A stretch of DNA of 64,000 bases, taken from the NCBI GenBank assembly GCA_964562885.1, contig CAZLVC010000001.1:152688-216687 (forward strand), in the 5' to 3' direction. Under the pieces are notes generated by a model, which did no database searches, was not told where the DNA came from, and worked only from the letters and a program-made list of their open reading frames with translations. This document shows, piece by piece, positions 17,333-25,936 of the stretch. The translations under genes were made by a program, and so were the position numbers. Positions within the stretch are counted from its first letter, which is position 1. Each line of letters starts with the position of its first letter. Origin of the DNA: an uncultured Candidatus Peribacteria bacterium. GTDB lineage: Bacteria; Patescibacteriota; Gracilibacteria; Peribacterales; Peribacteraceae.

Positions 17333-19267
17333 ATGGATACAGTGACAACAAGTATTCGTTCGGCTTCCGCAACACTTCGTACACGTGTTTCACCAGGAGT
17401 TATGGAACGCGTTGAGAAAGCACTTCGCTTTGCTCGTGAGGCTTATGTGGATCTGACCAGTGATATTCTTCAAGGAGTGCTCCTCATTGAGCATGCACTA
17501 TTATGTGTAGAACTTTTGTCGGAGTTTTGTCACGATGAAGATGCGCTCATTGCGTGTGTTCTACAGCATTATATGCGTATTCCTGATGCCTCGCTTCAGG
17601 ATATTGAAAAAGAATTTGGACGTGAAGTGCGAGAGATGGTTAGTAGAATTCATTTACTTTCACACCTGTATACAACAGAGTGGCGTAAATCTATAGAAGA
17701 CATGCGTATCATGATAGTGTCGGTTGCTGATGATGTGCGAGTGATCCTTATTGTGCTAGCTATTGCTTGTTCGTATATTGCTCGTTTACAGCTCATGAAT
17801 GAGGAATTTCGATTACGCATTTGTCGGAAGTCGTTGCAGCTTTTTGCACCTATTGCTTCGCGTCTTGGTATTTATACTCTTAAATATCGTTTGGAACGTT
17901 CTGCCTTTCAGGTTTGTTATCCTGTAGATGCAGAGCGACTGTCGGCAGAGCTACAGCGTTTACACGATGAGGGTGGGATGTTTTTACATAAAACAGCAGA
18001 TGCTATTCGTCAGTTTTTGACCTCTGAGGGGGTACAGTGCACTGTATTTTCACGTGAAAAGCAGCCGTATAGTATTTTTCAGAAAATGCGACAGAAGAGC
18101 GTAGGCTCACTTTCCACGATTCATGATCTTTTTGCTATTCGCTTAGTTGTTCCGACCGTTCAGGATTGTTACCAAGTTCTTGGACTCCTACATCGCATTG
18201 GTACGCCACTTTCCCATCGATTTAAAGATTACATCTCCTTTCCCAAACCGAATGGGTACCAAAGTCTCCATACGTCACTCCTTGGCTTGCCACATGTGCA
18301 AAAAGACGTTGTTGTTGAAATTCAGATTCGTACACCTGAAATGCACGAGGAGGCAGAATACGGTATTGCTGCTCATTGGCTCTATAAACAGGATAAGCGA
18401 GGGTCGGGTCACGTGATGCAAAGCGCGAAGCATTTTCAGCTTTCCGAAATTCTTTCTAGACAGCATGCAGTTGAAGTCTCTCATACCGCTGGTACATCAC
18501 ATTTAGAGCAAGAGATGACACTTGTTGATCATTTGTATGTTCTGACACCTCGTGGGGATATTATTGAATTACCTGATGGTGCAACACCATTAGATTTTGC
18601 GTTTACTATTCATACTGATGTTGGGTTACGTTTTAAAGGCGCACGTGTGAACGGAAGCATTGTTCCTTTATCGTATAAATTGGATAATGGAGATTCCGTA
18701 GAAATTATGACGCATAAGCATCCTCAGCCCGCACTGAATTGGTTAGAAGTTTTAGTGACATCATCTGCACGTACTAAATTAAAATCATATTTTTTCTCCA
18801 ATAATCGGGCCGATTTTCTCTCTTCTGGTAAAAGTATTTTCAATGCCGAATTGCAGTCGCGCCATTTGCCACTTTTAGATAACGATCTTACAATATTAAG
18901 TACGTTTGATGATGTTCCACTTTCCATGAAAGAGCGTGAGGACCTCCTCGTAAAGATAGGGATGAGCTCCATTCGTACGTCATCTATTTTTTCTCATCTT
19001 GCACTTCCCTCTGTTCCACGGAAGCTTTCTTCAAAGAAAAAGACGTCTCGTACTTCCTCTGTGCTTCCGGAGGTTATTCTCGATCATGAAGCACACGGTA
19101 TGCCTTACCGTTATGCTAAGTGCTGCTCGCCACACCTTGCTAATCCACGTCCGGAAAAACTTACGGGCGTTATTACTCGTGGAGGGGTTACGGTTCATCA
19201 GGAAAAATGTGGTATGGGGAAAGGGGCTAATGCAGCACGAAAAATTGAGGTTCAATGGGCGCGTTAA
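17333..19267 (+). CDS. relA: RelA/SpoT homolog ((p)ppGpp synthetase) with TGS domain
   Basis: Synthetase motifs (DLFAIRLVV, GYQSLHTSL, VEIQIRTPEMHEEAEYGIAAHWLYK) and a TGS domain (LYVLTPRGDIIELPDGATPLDFAF). The N-terminal HD-like region appears degenerate. Confidence 0.92.
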   Translation: MDTVTTSIRSASATLRTRVSPGVMERVEKALRFAREAYVDLTSDILQGVLLIEHALLCVELLSEFCHDEDALIACVLQHYMRIPDASLQDIEKEFGREVREMVSRIHLLSHLYTTEWRKSIEDMRIMIVSVADDVRVILIVLAIACSYIARLQLMNEEFRLRICRKSLQLFAPIASRLGIYTLKYRLERSAFQVCYPVDAERLSAELQRLHDEGGMFLHKTADAIRQFLTSEGVQCTVFSREKQPYSIFQKMRQKSVGSLSTIHDLFAIRLVVPTVQDCYQVLGLLHRIGTPLSHRFKDYISFPKPNGYQSLHTSLLGLPHVQKDVVVEIQIRTPEMHEEAEYGIAAHWLYKQDKRGSGHVMQSAKHFQLSEILSRQHAVEVSHTAGTSHLEQEMTLVDHLYVLTPRGDIIELPDGATPLDFAFTIHTDVGLRFKGARVNGSIVPLSYKLDNGDSVEIMTHKHPQPALNWLEVLVTSSARTKLKSYFFSNNRADFLSSGKSIFNAELQSRHLPLLDNDLTILSTFDDVPLSMKEREDLLVKIGMSSIRTSSIFSHLALPSVPRKLSSKKKTSRTSSVLPEVILDHEAHGMPYRYAKCCSPHLANPRPEKLTGVITRGGVTVHQEKCGMGKGANAARKIEVQWAR

Positions 19268-19271
19268 ATTA

Positions 19272-20522
19272 TTATTGATGATCACCGATCATGAGGTCGA
19301 CAATTTTACGCATTTTAAGGTCGAAGCGCATGGCTTCAAACTCATGACTTCCAGGCGAAGGAATTGGATCCTCTTGTACTTTTTTCAGAGCTAATTCCAC
19401 TTCTGCATCAGAAATTTCTACTTTTTTTACATTGGCCAGTTCCTCCATTCCGTACCGGAGCTTTAGCCTTCCATCTGCAATATCCCTCATTTCGTTGATG
19501 ATATCTGTACTGGTTTTTCCTGATGCTTTTACCCATTGTTCCATGGTTACTTTTTGCTCTTTTAAACGTTCCTGAACATCTTTCAGCATTTCTTCTAGCT
19601 CTTCTTGCACTAATTCCTGTGGCAATGTTACTTGTGTCGCTTCTTTGATTTTATCGAATAATTCTTGCTCACGACGTTCCATTTCAGCTTTTAGTTTCTG
19701 TTGAGTGAGCATTTTTTGCACTTCATCTTTAAATGATGCAACTGTACTTTGTGTCTTCAATCGTTGTGTAACATACTCTTCCGTGAGAAGAGGTTTTTTT
19801 AATAATGCGACACGTTGTACGTTCAGTGTAACGTCTAATTTTTTATTCCTGAGGACGGGGATATCATGCGTTTTGCTAAATTGAATGTTGATCGTTTTTA
19901 CTTCTCCTTTCTTCATCCCTAGTACGTGTGCTGCTAGCTCGGGTATTAGCTCTTCTTCCCCAAGGACAATTCTGTAACTTGAAAGAGTGAAGTCTTTAAA
20001 AATTTCACCATTTTCTTTGCTCTCAATTGTTAAGTTCACCGCATCTCCTTGCTCCGCACTTTTATCGATTTCTTCTTCCGTTCGATCTTGTCGTAAAAGT
20101 TTTTCGATGAACGTTTCGACATCTGAAGTGCTTGCGATGGTATCTTTTTTTTCAATCGTGATTGTTTGTGGTTTTTTAACGGTTGCCTTAGGTCTTTCAA
20201 TAAAGATTACCTCAATGGTGAGGGGATTAGTTTCACGAATGGATATTTTTGGCCTGATAATTGGTTTAGCATCACTTTGTTTTATCGCTTGCTCTACAAC
20301 TTTAGGTAAAAGGACTCGCACTGTTTCTTCCAGGATTCCATCGGTTCCTACCCTTTCTCGTACAAGATGTTCTGGCGCGTTCCCAATACGAAAACCCTTT
20401 ACTTCTACTTGCTTCTTCAGTGCTTCCAGTGCTTTTTTTTCCGCTGACTGTTCTGTGTCTTTATCAATGATTGTTTTAGTAACAATACGTGCGTCTTTCG
20501 ATTGTTCGATGGTAGTTTTCAT
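19272..20522 (-). CDS. tig: Trigger factor
   Basis: N-terminal ribosome-binding region (VKGFRIGNAP), an FKBP-like middle domain and a helical C-terminal domain. Confidence 0.94.
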   Translation of the reverse strand: MKTTIEQSKDARIVTKTIIDKDTEQSAEKKALEALKKQVEVKGFRIGNAPEHLVRERVGTDGILEETVRVLLPKVVEQAIKQSDAKPIIRPKISIRETNPLTIEVIFIERPKATVKKPQTITIEKKDTIASTSDVETFIEKLLRQDRTEEEIDKSAEQGDAVNLTIESKENGEIFKDFTLSSYRIVLGEEELIPELAAHVLGMKKGEVKTINIQFSKTHDIPVLRNKKLDVTLNVQRVALLKKPLLTEEYVTQRLKTQSTVASFKDEVQKMLTQQKLKAEMERREQELFDKIKEATQVTLPQELVQEELEEMLKDVQERLKEQKVTMEQWVKASGKTSTDIINEMRDIADGRLKLRYGMEELANVKKVEISDAEVELALKKVQEDPIPSPGSHEFEAMRFDLKMRKIVDLMIGDHQ

Positions 20523-20595
20523 ACATGGACAGAGGAAGGGTCAAAAAAAGAGGCGAAATCTTTGTTGCGAGATAGAAGCGTAGTTTACGAAAAGA

Positions 20596-21492
20596 TTAGT
20601 ATTTTTTCGAGCGATCATTCCAATAGACGAGGAGTGGAGTTGCAACGAAAATAGATGAATATGTCCCAAGTGCGATACCAATAATGAGCGTGAGGACAAA
20701 CCACTGAATGGCATGACTACCAAAAAGGAAGAGCGCGGTTAGTACGATGAGCGTAGAAAAGCTGGTATAACACGAGCGCTTCCATGTTTGATTCACCGAA
20801 CGGTTGCAGACTTCTGCAAACGACTCTTTTCGTTCTTCGAAGAGCAAATTGTCGCGAATACGATCAAAAACAATAATGGTGTCGTTGACTGAGTAGCCCA
20901 GAATTGTTAAAAGAGCCGTAACAAAGAGGGTGTCGACCTCAAAATTTGTAATGTGGCTAAGAATGACAAATATTCCTACAGTAATCATGACATCGTGCAA
21001 AAGTGTTACTACCGCTGTAATGCCGAATTTCCAAGGGCTATAACGACGTGGAATTTTGCGGAATGCCATTGCGATGTACAGAATGATACCTGCAGATGCT
21101 ACAATGAGCGCTATGAATGCACGAAATTTAAGCGTACTGCCAACCGTTGGGCCAATAACGGTGTAGGAACGAATGGTAAAATTTTCGAATGTTTTACCTA
21201 AGTGTTTCTCTAGGCTTTTACGTGTTTCGTCATTGAGATCGCGCATTTTCACAAGAAATTGACCATTACCAAGTTTATTTACCGTAGGGCTTAATGCTGT
21301 TCCAGGTAATTCAACAATGGCTTCCTGAACTTTTTCGGCAGTTACATTTCCGTCCATGCTTATTTCCATCCGTGTTCCACCAGTAAATTCGATGCTAAGT
21401 ATTGGACCAGGATAGAGGAGGAGCAAAATGCTGATGGCAGTTGCAGCACCCGAGAGTAAAAAGAAATATTTGGCAGGCTTGAGGAAGTCCAT
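20596..21492 (-). CDS. secF: Protein translocase subunit SecF
   Basis: EFTGGT motif and 6 TM spans with SecF-type loops. Confidence 0.92.
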   Translation of the reverse strand: MDFLKPAKYFFLLSGAATAISILLLLYPGPILSIEFTGGTRMEISMDGNVTAEKVQEAIVELPGTALSPTVNKLGNGQFLVKMRDLNDETRKSLEKHLGKTFENFTIRSYTVIGPTVGSTLKFRAFIALIVASAGIILYIAMAFRKIPRRYSPWKFGITAVVTLLHDVMITVGIFVILSHITNFEVDTLFVTALLTILGYSVNDTIIVFDRIRDNLLFEERKESFAEVCNRSVNQTWKRSCYTSFSTLIVLTALFLFGSHAIQWFVLTLIIGIALGTYSSIFVATPLLVYWNDRSKKY

Positions 21493-21585
21493 AGTGGTGA
21501 GAGGGTAGCGCGGAGCAAGTTTTTTTACTAGAGCATCTTGGTTGAAATGAGGGTTTAATGGCAGGTGCTTTGATAGTTTTTATTA

Positions 21586-22932
21586 TTATACTTGCACCTC
21601 TAGGACTACTTTATCGTGTAATTCTTGGATATTCCACAGGAGTTCACTTGGTATCTTGTCAAAAAATTCTTTAAGAATATCACGGAGTTCCCCTCGTATA
21701 TTTGATGGAATGAAAGAAGCTTCGTTTATCAGCCAATCTAGTCTGATCTCGTTCTGCGCGACCCTTTTCCCTGTTTCACGATTGATTGTTTTTTCAATAG
21801 TTTCCCTATCATTTGAGATGATGTAGTTATTGCTTTGTCGTGCGAGCCAGAGTGACCCTATATTCTGCATCTTCCATTCCCTAATCTTTTTCACATGTTC
21901 TTGATTAGTATTTGCGATAATATCGATGCGTACATTTTTGTCAGGAAGGGGAATTTTTCGTTGTATTCCTCCGCGATACTCTGCTTGGTATTTTTGGATG
22001 AATTCTTCTAAATGTTTTGGTGTTTCGGTACTTCCTATTAGTGTAAATGATATTTTTTTCTCTTGATTGCGCGAGAGAACAAATTCTATAGGCCTTGCTA
22101 GGACATTCTTTGCATAATCATGCAGAAAAAGCATGGATTGTTCTTCTAGTATTCCAAGGAAAATTCCTTCTAGGCCTTGCGCAAGGTCTTCATTGTATTT
22201 TTGTAATTGCTGTATGAATTGAGCTCCAAAGTGAAGAGGGGATTGATGCGAGAACCGGAGTAAGGTGACATAACCCTCTGGTAATTGAATAACATGCGAA
22301 AGATCATGATGTACCCCCTCATTTTTTGATTTGTTTTGGAGTGCAACACTCAGATGAGCATCGTCTACCCATTTCATACTTAGTGCGTACCAAGGATGCA
22401 GGATTGACTGAAGGATAGTTAGTATTTCGTTTTTGGTCGAATGCTCATGCAATGGCTCCAATGAAGCCCAAATTCCTTCGTGATTTAATCCTATTTCCTC
22501 TTTAAAAAAAGTATCCTCGAGCATTGTTTTTTTACTTTTTATTCCTCTTAGTTCCTTCTGCACTCCATTCTCGTACAATTGCTGTAAGCCAAGTGGTGTT
22601 TGGGTAAGTACCTTGTACACCAGTAAAGAGCCTGATTTCTGTAGCACAATTTCATTTTCGATGTGTTGTTCTGCCTTAACGATGGTCCTTGGGTCGATTC
22701 TTGTAAATTGTCTTATAAAGAAATTGATGAATTGTACGGCTCTTTCTTCAGTTGTTGATGAGAATGTTCGTGCAAATACAATGGTATTGTTTAAATTTTG
22801 CGTCGTAGCAAGTGTTTTTTTGTTGTGTTCAACGTGCATCCACCACTGTGTTAGGACAATACTCATGCACAAGACAATAAGTGTTGCTATCGAGATCACA
22901 ATTCCTCTTTTTGCGTAGTCATTTAGCTGCAT
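21586..22932 (-). CDS. Membrane-anchored hypothetical protein
   Basis: The long ORF is 490 aa in the track, or 448 aa from the ATG at 22932. It has a single N-terminal TM span and no SecD-like C-terminal TM bundle. Confidence 0.6.
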   Translation of the reverse strand: MQLNDYAKRGIVISIATLIVLCMSIVLTQWWMHVEHNKKTLATTQNLNNTIVFARTFSSTTEERAVQFINFFIRQFTRIDPRTIVKAEQHIENEIVLQKSGSLLVYKVLTQTPLGLQQLYENGVQKELRGIKSKKTMLEDTFFKEEIGLNHEGIWASLEPLHEHSTKNEILTILQSILHPWYALSMKWVDDAHLSVALQNKSKNEGVHHDLSHVIQLPEGYVTLLRFSHQSPLHFGAQFIQQLQKYNEDLAQGLEGIFLGILEEQSMLFLHDYAKNVLARPIEFVLSRNQEKKISFTLIGSTETPKHLEEFIQKYQAEYRGGIQRKIPLPDKNVRIDIIANTNQEHVKKIREWKMQNIGSLWLARQSNNYIISNDRETIEKTINRETGKRVAQNEIRLDWLINEASFIPSNIRGELRDILKEFFDKIPSELLWNIQELHDKVVLEVQV

Positions 22933-23164
22933 AGATGCAGTGTAACAGTACTTCCTTGTGAATACATTTGTTGAACGAAGAACATAATTTCTTAAAAAAT
23001 CAATATGTAATACTTGTGTTTTTTTCTTACAAAGGTACAATGAAACGATTTCTTTCAAAAGAAAAAGAAATCAAACACAAAAAAGAAAGATACAAACACA
23101 TAAGGCTCCGGAGCCACCTTATACAAAAGATCCTTCTCACCATTGCATGTTTTAGAGAAAGAAG

Positions 23165-23495
23165 TGGAAGACATTCAGATGATTTTCATTCTTTCTTCAG
23201 TTGAGAGGATCGTGTACGTACGCGATATGCGTGTACGCTCCTCTCTGCTCTGTAATGACGCATCGTTGGTACGAATGAGTCTAACGATGTGCATCCTTTC
23301 CTCCCCAGTGTTCTCCCGAAGCTTTTTGCATCGCGTGATGGACCGGTACGGGGACTTCGGTCGGTCCCGAGGAGAAACAAGAGACCAAAACAAGGCAGAG
23401 AATTCGGGGCTCATTCACCCAGTTAACCCTCCGCACGCAGGCTCAGCGAACGTTTGCATCATTCATTCGTTGATAGCCGAGGAGGCGAAAACAAA
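23165..23495. ncRNA. Unclassified GC-rich structured RNA candidate
   Basis: About 55% G+C by hand count, against AT-rich flanks. At least 8 local or long-range helices including UUCG-type hairpins. No credible ORF. Bounded by hairpins at 23104-23115 and 23499-23524. Strand unresolved. Confidence 0.5.
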
Positions 23496-23498
23496 TAC

Positions 23499-23524
23499 AA
23501 AAGGACCAGCAATGGTCTTTTTGT
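23499..23524. terminator. Bidirectional terminator-like hairpin
   Basis: GACCA-gcaa-TGGTC flanked by an A-run upstream and a T-run downstream. It lies 20 nt beyond the TPR gene stop. Confidence 0.7.
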
Positions 23525-23543
23525 CTGTATACCATATTTCGTA

Positions 23544-24863
23544 TTATTGTTTCAGTGTTTTTTCGATACTCAGTGCTTCAATATTCCGTGGGTCAAGGCG
23601 TAACGCTCGATTCACATATTCTTTCGCATCTTCAGGCACACCAGCACCGAGAGCTGCTTTAGCGCTCAACGAAAGCATTTCTGGCGATTCTTGCCACTTC
23701 GCAAGCCCTGCTCTTGCGACTTCCAATGCATCGAGTGCGTGCGTTGCGGTCGTCGTTGCAAGGGTAATATACATGCGAAAATCATCAATTGATGCCTGTG
23801 GCATTTCGGCAATTATTTTCAATTGTTCAAGACTAAGGTCAATATTGCCAAGCTCTCGTGCATATTCGCTAAGGAGCTGACGTGCGTCTCGTTCTGGTTG
23901 AAAGCCGTTGATGACGGCGTACTGTAAAAATGTCACCGCGTTTTGTGGGTCACCAAGTGCAGCATATGTCCGAGCAAGAAAGTATTGAATTTCTGGCTTT
24001 TGAGGGTCGATACTGTAGGCTTCTTGTAATGATTGTAATGCATCCTGCTGCCTATCAGTTGAAAATTCGCAGTAGCCTTTTACGATCCATGCATCGCGAT
24101 ATTTGCCTTCAGTTTTAAGCACGGTTTGAAGGAGCTGAAGCGCTGTTTCGCATTCATGAACTTCGGCTAAGGCTCTTGCAACTAGTGTGAATAGGTGCGC
24201 ATCTTGTCCATGCGGAAAGAGGGCAAACTCATTCATTGCCTTGATGATACTTTTTGCGTTTTGTTGGAGGACAATATTTCCTTCTGAGGCAACTTTTTCT
24301 AGTGCGACCTTTGCTTCATCCATTTGAAGTTTAGTGATGCTTATGAGGGCTGTAATGTACTTCGCCATTGGCGAAGCTGGATTTCGCGAAAGAATACTCT
24401 GTGCAGTATCGACATCGCCCATTCGTAGTGCGGTGATTGCTTCAAAATACAGAAGGTCATCGTCGTTCGTACTTACTTCCTTTAGGAGCTGTATCGTCTC
24501 TTTGGCTTCGTCGTATTTTCGTCGTTGTAGCTGTAAGAGCGCAAGTTTTTTCATTGCGGTTGCCCCACCTCCCTTGGCAATGCTTTCTTTGTATTTTTCT
24601 TCTGCCTGTTGCCATATTCCTTTTACTTCAAAAATTTCTGCTTCGCGTAGCGACGTTAACGCTTCCGATTCTGAGCCAAAAAACTCCATTGAACTGTTTT
24701 TTACCGGCATTCCTTCCAATAATGTTGATGATGGTCCTTTTTCTATTCCGTTTTCAATTTCTGCGATAGAACGATGAATTTGTCCTAAATAGAACATCAT
24801 GATTCCTCCGCCAAAACAGAGGGCAATAACTATTGGTGCGTAGATACGAATTGGAATTTTCAC
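23544..24863 (-). CDS. TPR repeat protein with N-terminal membrane anchor
   Basis: N-terminal TM segment, then multiple 34-aa TPR-like repeats (A..Y..A...P....AL..L). Confidence 0.85.
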   Translation of the reverse strand: MKIPIRIYAPIVIALCFGGGIMMFYLGQIHRSIAEIENGIEKGPSSTLLEGMPVKNSSMEFFGSESEALTSLREAEIFEVKGIWQQAEEKYKESIAKGGGATAMKKLALLQLQRRKYDEAKETIQLLKEVSTNDDDLLYFEAITALRMGDVDTAQSILSRNPASPMAKYITALISITKLQMDEAKVALEKVASEGNIVLQQNAKSIIKAMNEFALFPHGQDAHLFTLVARALAEVHECETALQLLQTVLKTEGKYRDAWIVKGYCEFSTDRQQDALQSLQEAYSIDPQKPEIQYFLARTYAALGDPQNAVTFLQYAVINGFQPERDARQLLSEYARELGNIDLSLEQLKIIAEMPQASIDDFRMYITLATTTATHALDALEVARAGLAKWQESPEMLSLSAKAALGAGVPEDAKEYVNRALRLDPRNIEALSIEKTLKQ

Positions 24864-25039
24864 AGTGTCAGCGTAGCAGCCTTTTTTTTCTCAGCAATTG
24901 TTAAAAAATGAAAATATTCGATGATTTCCTTTTTCTTATTACATATAGTTAGAGCTAACTCAAAATATTTTTACAGACAATTGCAGTCTTAGGTTTCACG
25001 AATAGTGAAAAGTTTAGATGTCCTGTTTTATTGCAGTTA

Positions 25040-25180
25040 CTCATTTTCTTCTTGAGAGAGGAGGACCCCTTGTTCGACTCACACTGATAAGCCCTTGAGC
25101 GATAGCGGAAGGTATCAGTTAGTCCCGTAAAAGATTCCCTCCTCCATCAATTTCTTTAACGGTACCTGTTTTCCTTTGGC
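25040..25180 (+). repeat. Structured hairpin element, copy 2 (long form with inserted helix)
   Basis: Same left flank and stem as copy 1 (25052-25065 / 25137-25150). An extra GACT/AGTC + ACTGATA/TATCAGT helix is inserted in the loop. The same AACGG-TAC-CTGTT hairpin is present at 25158-25170. Confidence 0.6.
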
Positions 25181-25247
25181 AAGAACTTTCTTCCATAAAA
25201 AATAAAGCACTCTTTTTATTTGAATTAAGCTTTACATCGGCGATATT

Positions 25248-25901
25248 CTAGCCCATGAGCGGGCTTAGTTCTCCGTCATCGTTCTTTTTCTTTCTTGTGT
25301 TCTTTTTCTTTACTTCTTCAGTAATTTCCTGTGTCACTGATGCCTTAGCAGCAGCTTCAACAAGGTGTTTAGGAATAATCGCTTCTACCGTCCCCCATTT
25401 TGCATCGCTATTTTTTGGGATGATGATGGTGACTTGGTCACCAATTTCTGCGCGGTAAAATGTGACAGATGCCAGAAGTAACCGGTATACCTTGCCTTCG
25501 GCAAGTACTTTGTATTGACCGTCTTCCGTAATAAGCACACCTACAACTGTACGTCTTTCGACTGGTGCAATTTGCTTGTACAAGAATTTGCCATCTTCGG
25601 TAATGGTTAATTTCATTCCGTCTCCCTCAACAAGTTTGCTTTTACTCGCGTAGTTTGCTGGTATTGGGTATGACTGGCCGGATGCGTCGATCATATTTTG
25701 TCCATCGAAAATTCCCTCAACAATTTTGGTGTTCGCTCCATGAATAATGTTTTGCCCCATCGATACCGCTCTATTTGCAATACGTTCTCGTGAAGGATCT
25801 TGTACCCCTGTTAATTCGCGTAGGACATTACTTGCAGTTTTTAGTGTAGATGCTGCAGATTCCAGTAGTTCTTGTACGGCGAGAATTTTGTCATCGGACA
25901 T
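25248..25901 (-). CDS. Hypothetical protein with Lys-rich C-terminus
   Basis: 217-aa ORF with no recognisable motif. Confidence 0.6.
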   Translation of the reverse strand: MSDDKILAVQELLESAASTLKTASNVLRELTGVQDPSRERIANRAVSMGQNIIHGANTKIVEGIFDGQNMIDASGQSYPIPANYASKSKLVEGDGMKLTITEDGKFLYKQIAPVERRTVVGVLITEDGQYKVLAEGKVYRLLLASVTFYRAEIGDQVTIIIPKNSDAKWGTVEAIIPKHLVEAAAKASVTQEITEEVKKKNTRKKKNDDGELSPLMG

Positions 25902-25936
25902 GGTGGTTCAGGGGAAAAGGGTAGGGGAATGAGTAT

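Noticed and set aside
17085-17415. Plus-strand ORFs 17085-17345 and 17206-17415.
   Set aside because: They lie within the rplJ leader and promoter and overlap the relA start. They are artefacts of the GC-rich leader.
19987-20583. Long antisense ORFs: 19987-20583 opposite tig, 49878-50399 opposite the cyclo-ligase gene, 5853-6410 opposite valS, and 10061-10552 out of frame in dinB.
   Set aside because: Each is fully embedded in a confidently identified gene on the other strand or frame, and has low-complexity translations.
21586-23058. Calling the ORF upstream of secF as secD.
   Set aside because: It has only one TM span, no SecD motifs and no C-terminal TM bundle.
23100-23525. Assigning the structured locus to RNase P RNA, tmRNA, SRP RNA, 6S RNA, a T-box, a hammerhead or a group II intron domain V.
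   Set aside because: Only partial motif resemblances exist: GGGGAGGAAAG for RNase P, GGUGGCUCCGG for the T-box, and CUGAAGA...GAAU for a hammerhead. There is no P4 partner, no tRNA-like end or plausible tag ORF, no GGAA/AGCA SRP motif, no GNRA-capped domain V and no RT ORF. I leave it unclassified.
23143-23880. 245-aa plus-strand ORF.
   Set aside because: It spans the GC-rich structured region and then runs antisense through the 3' end of the TPR gene. It has no SD or motif support.
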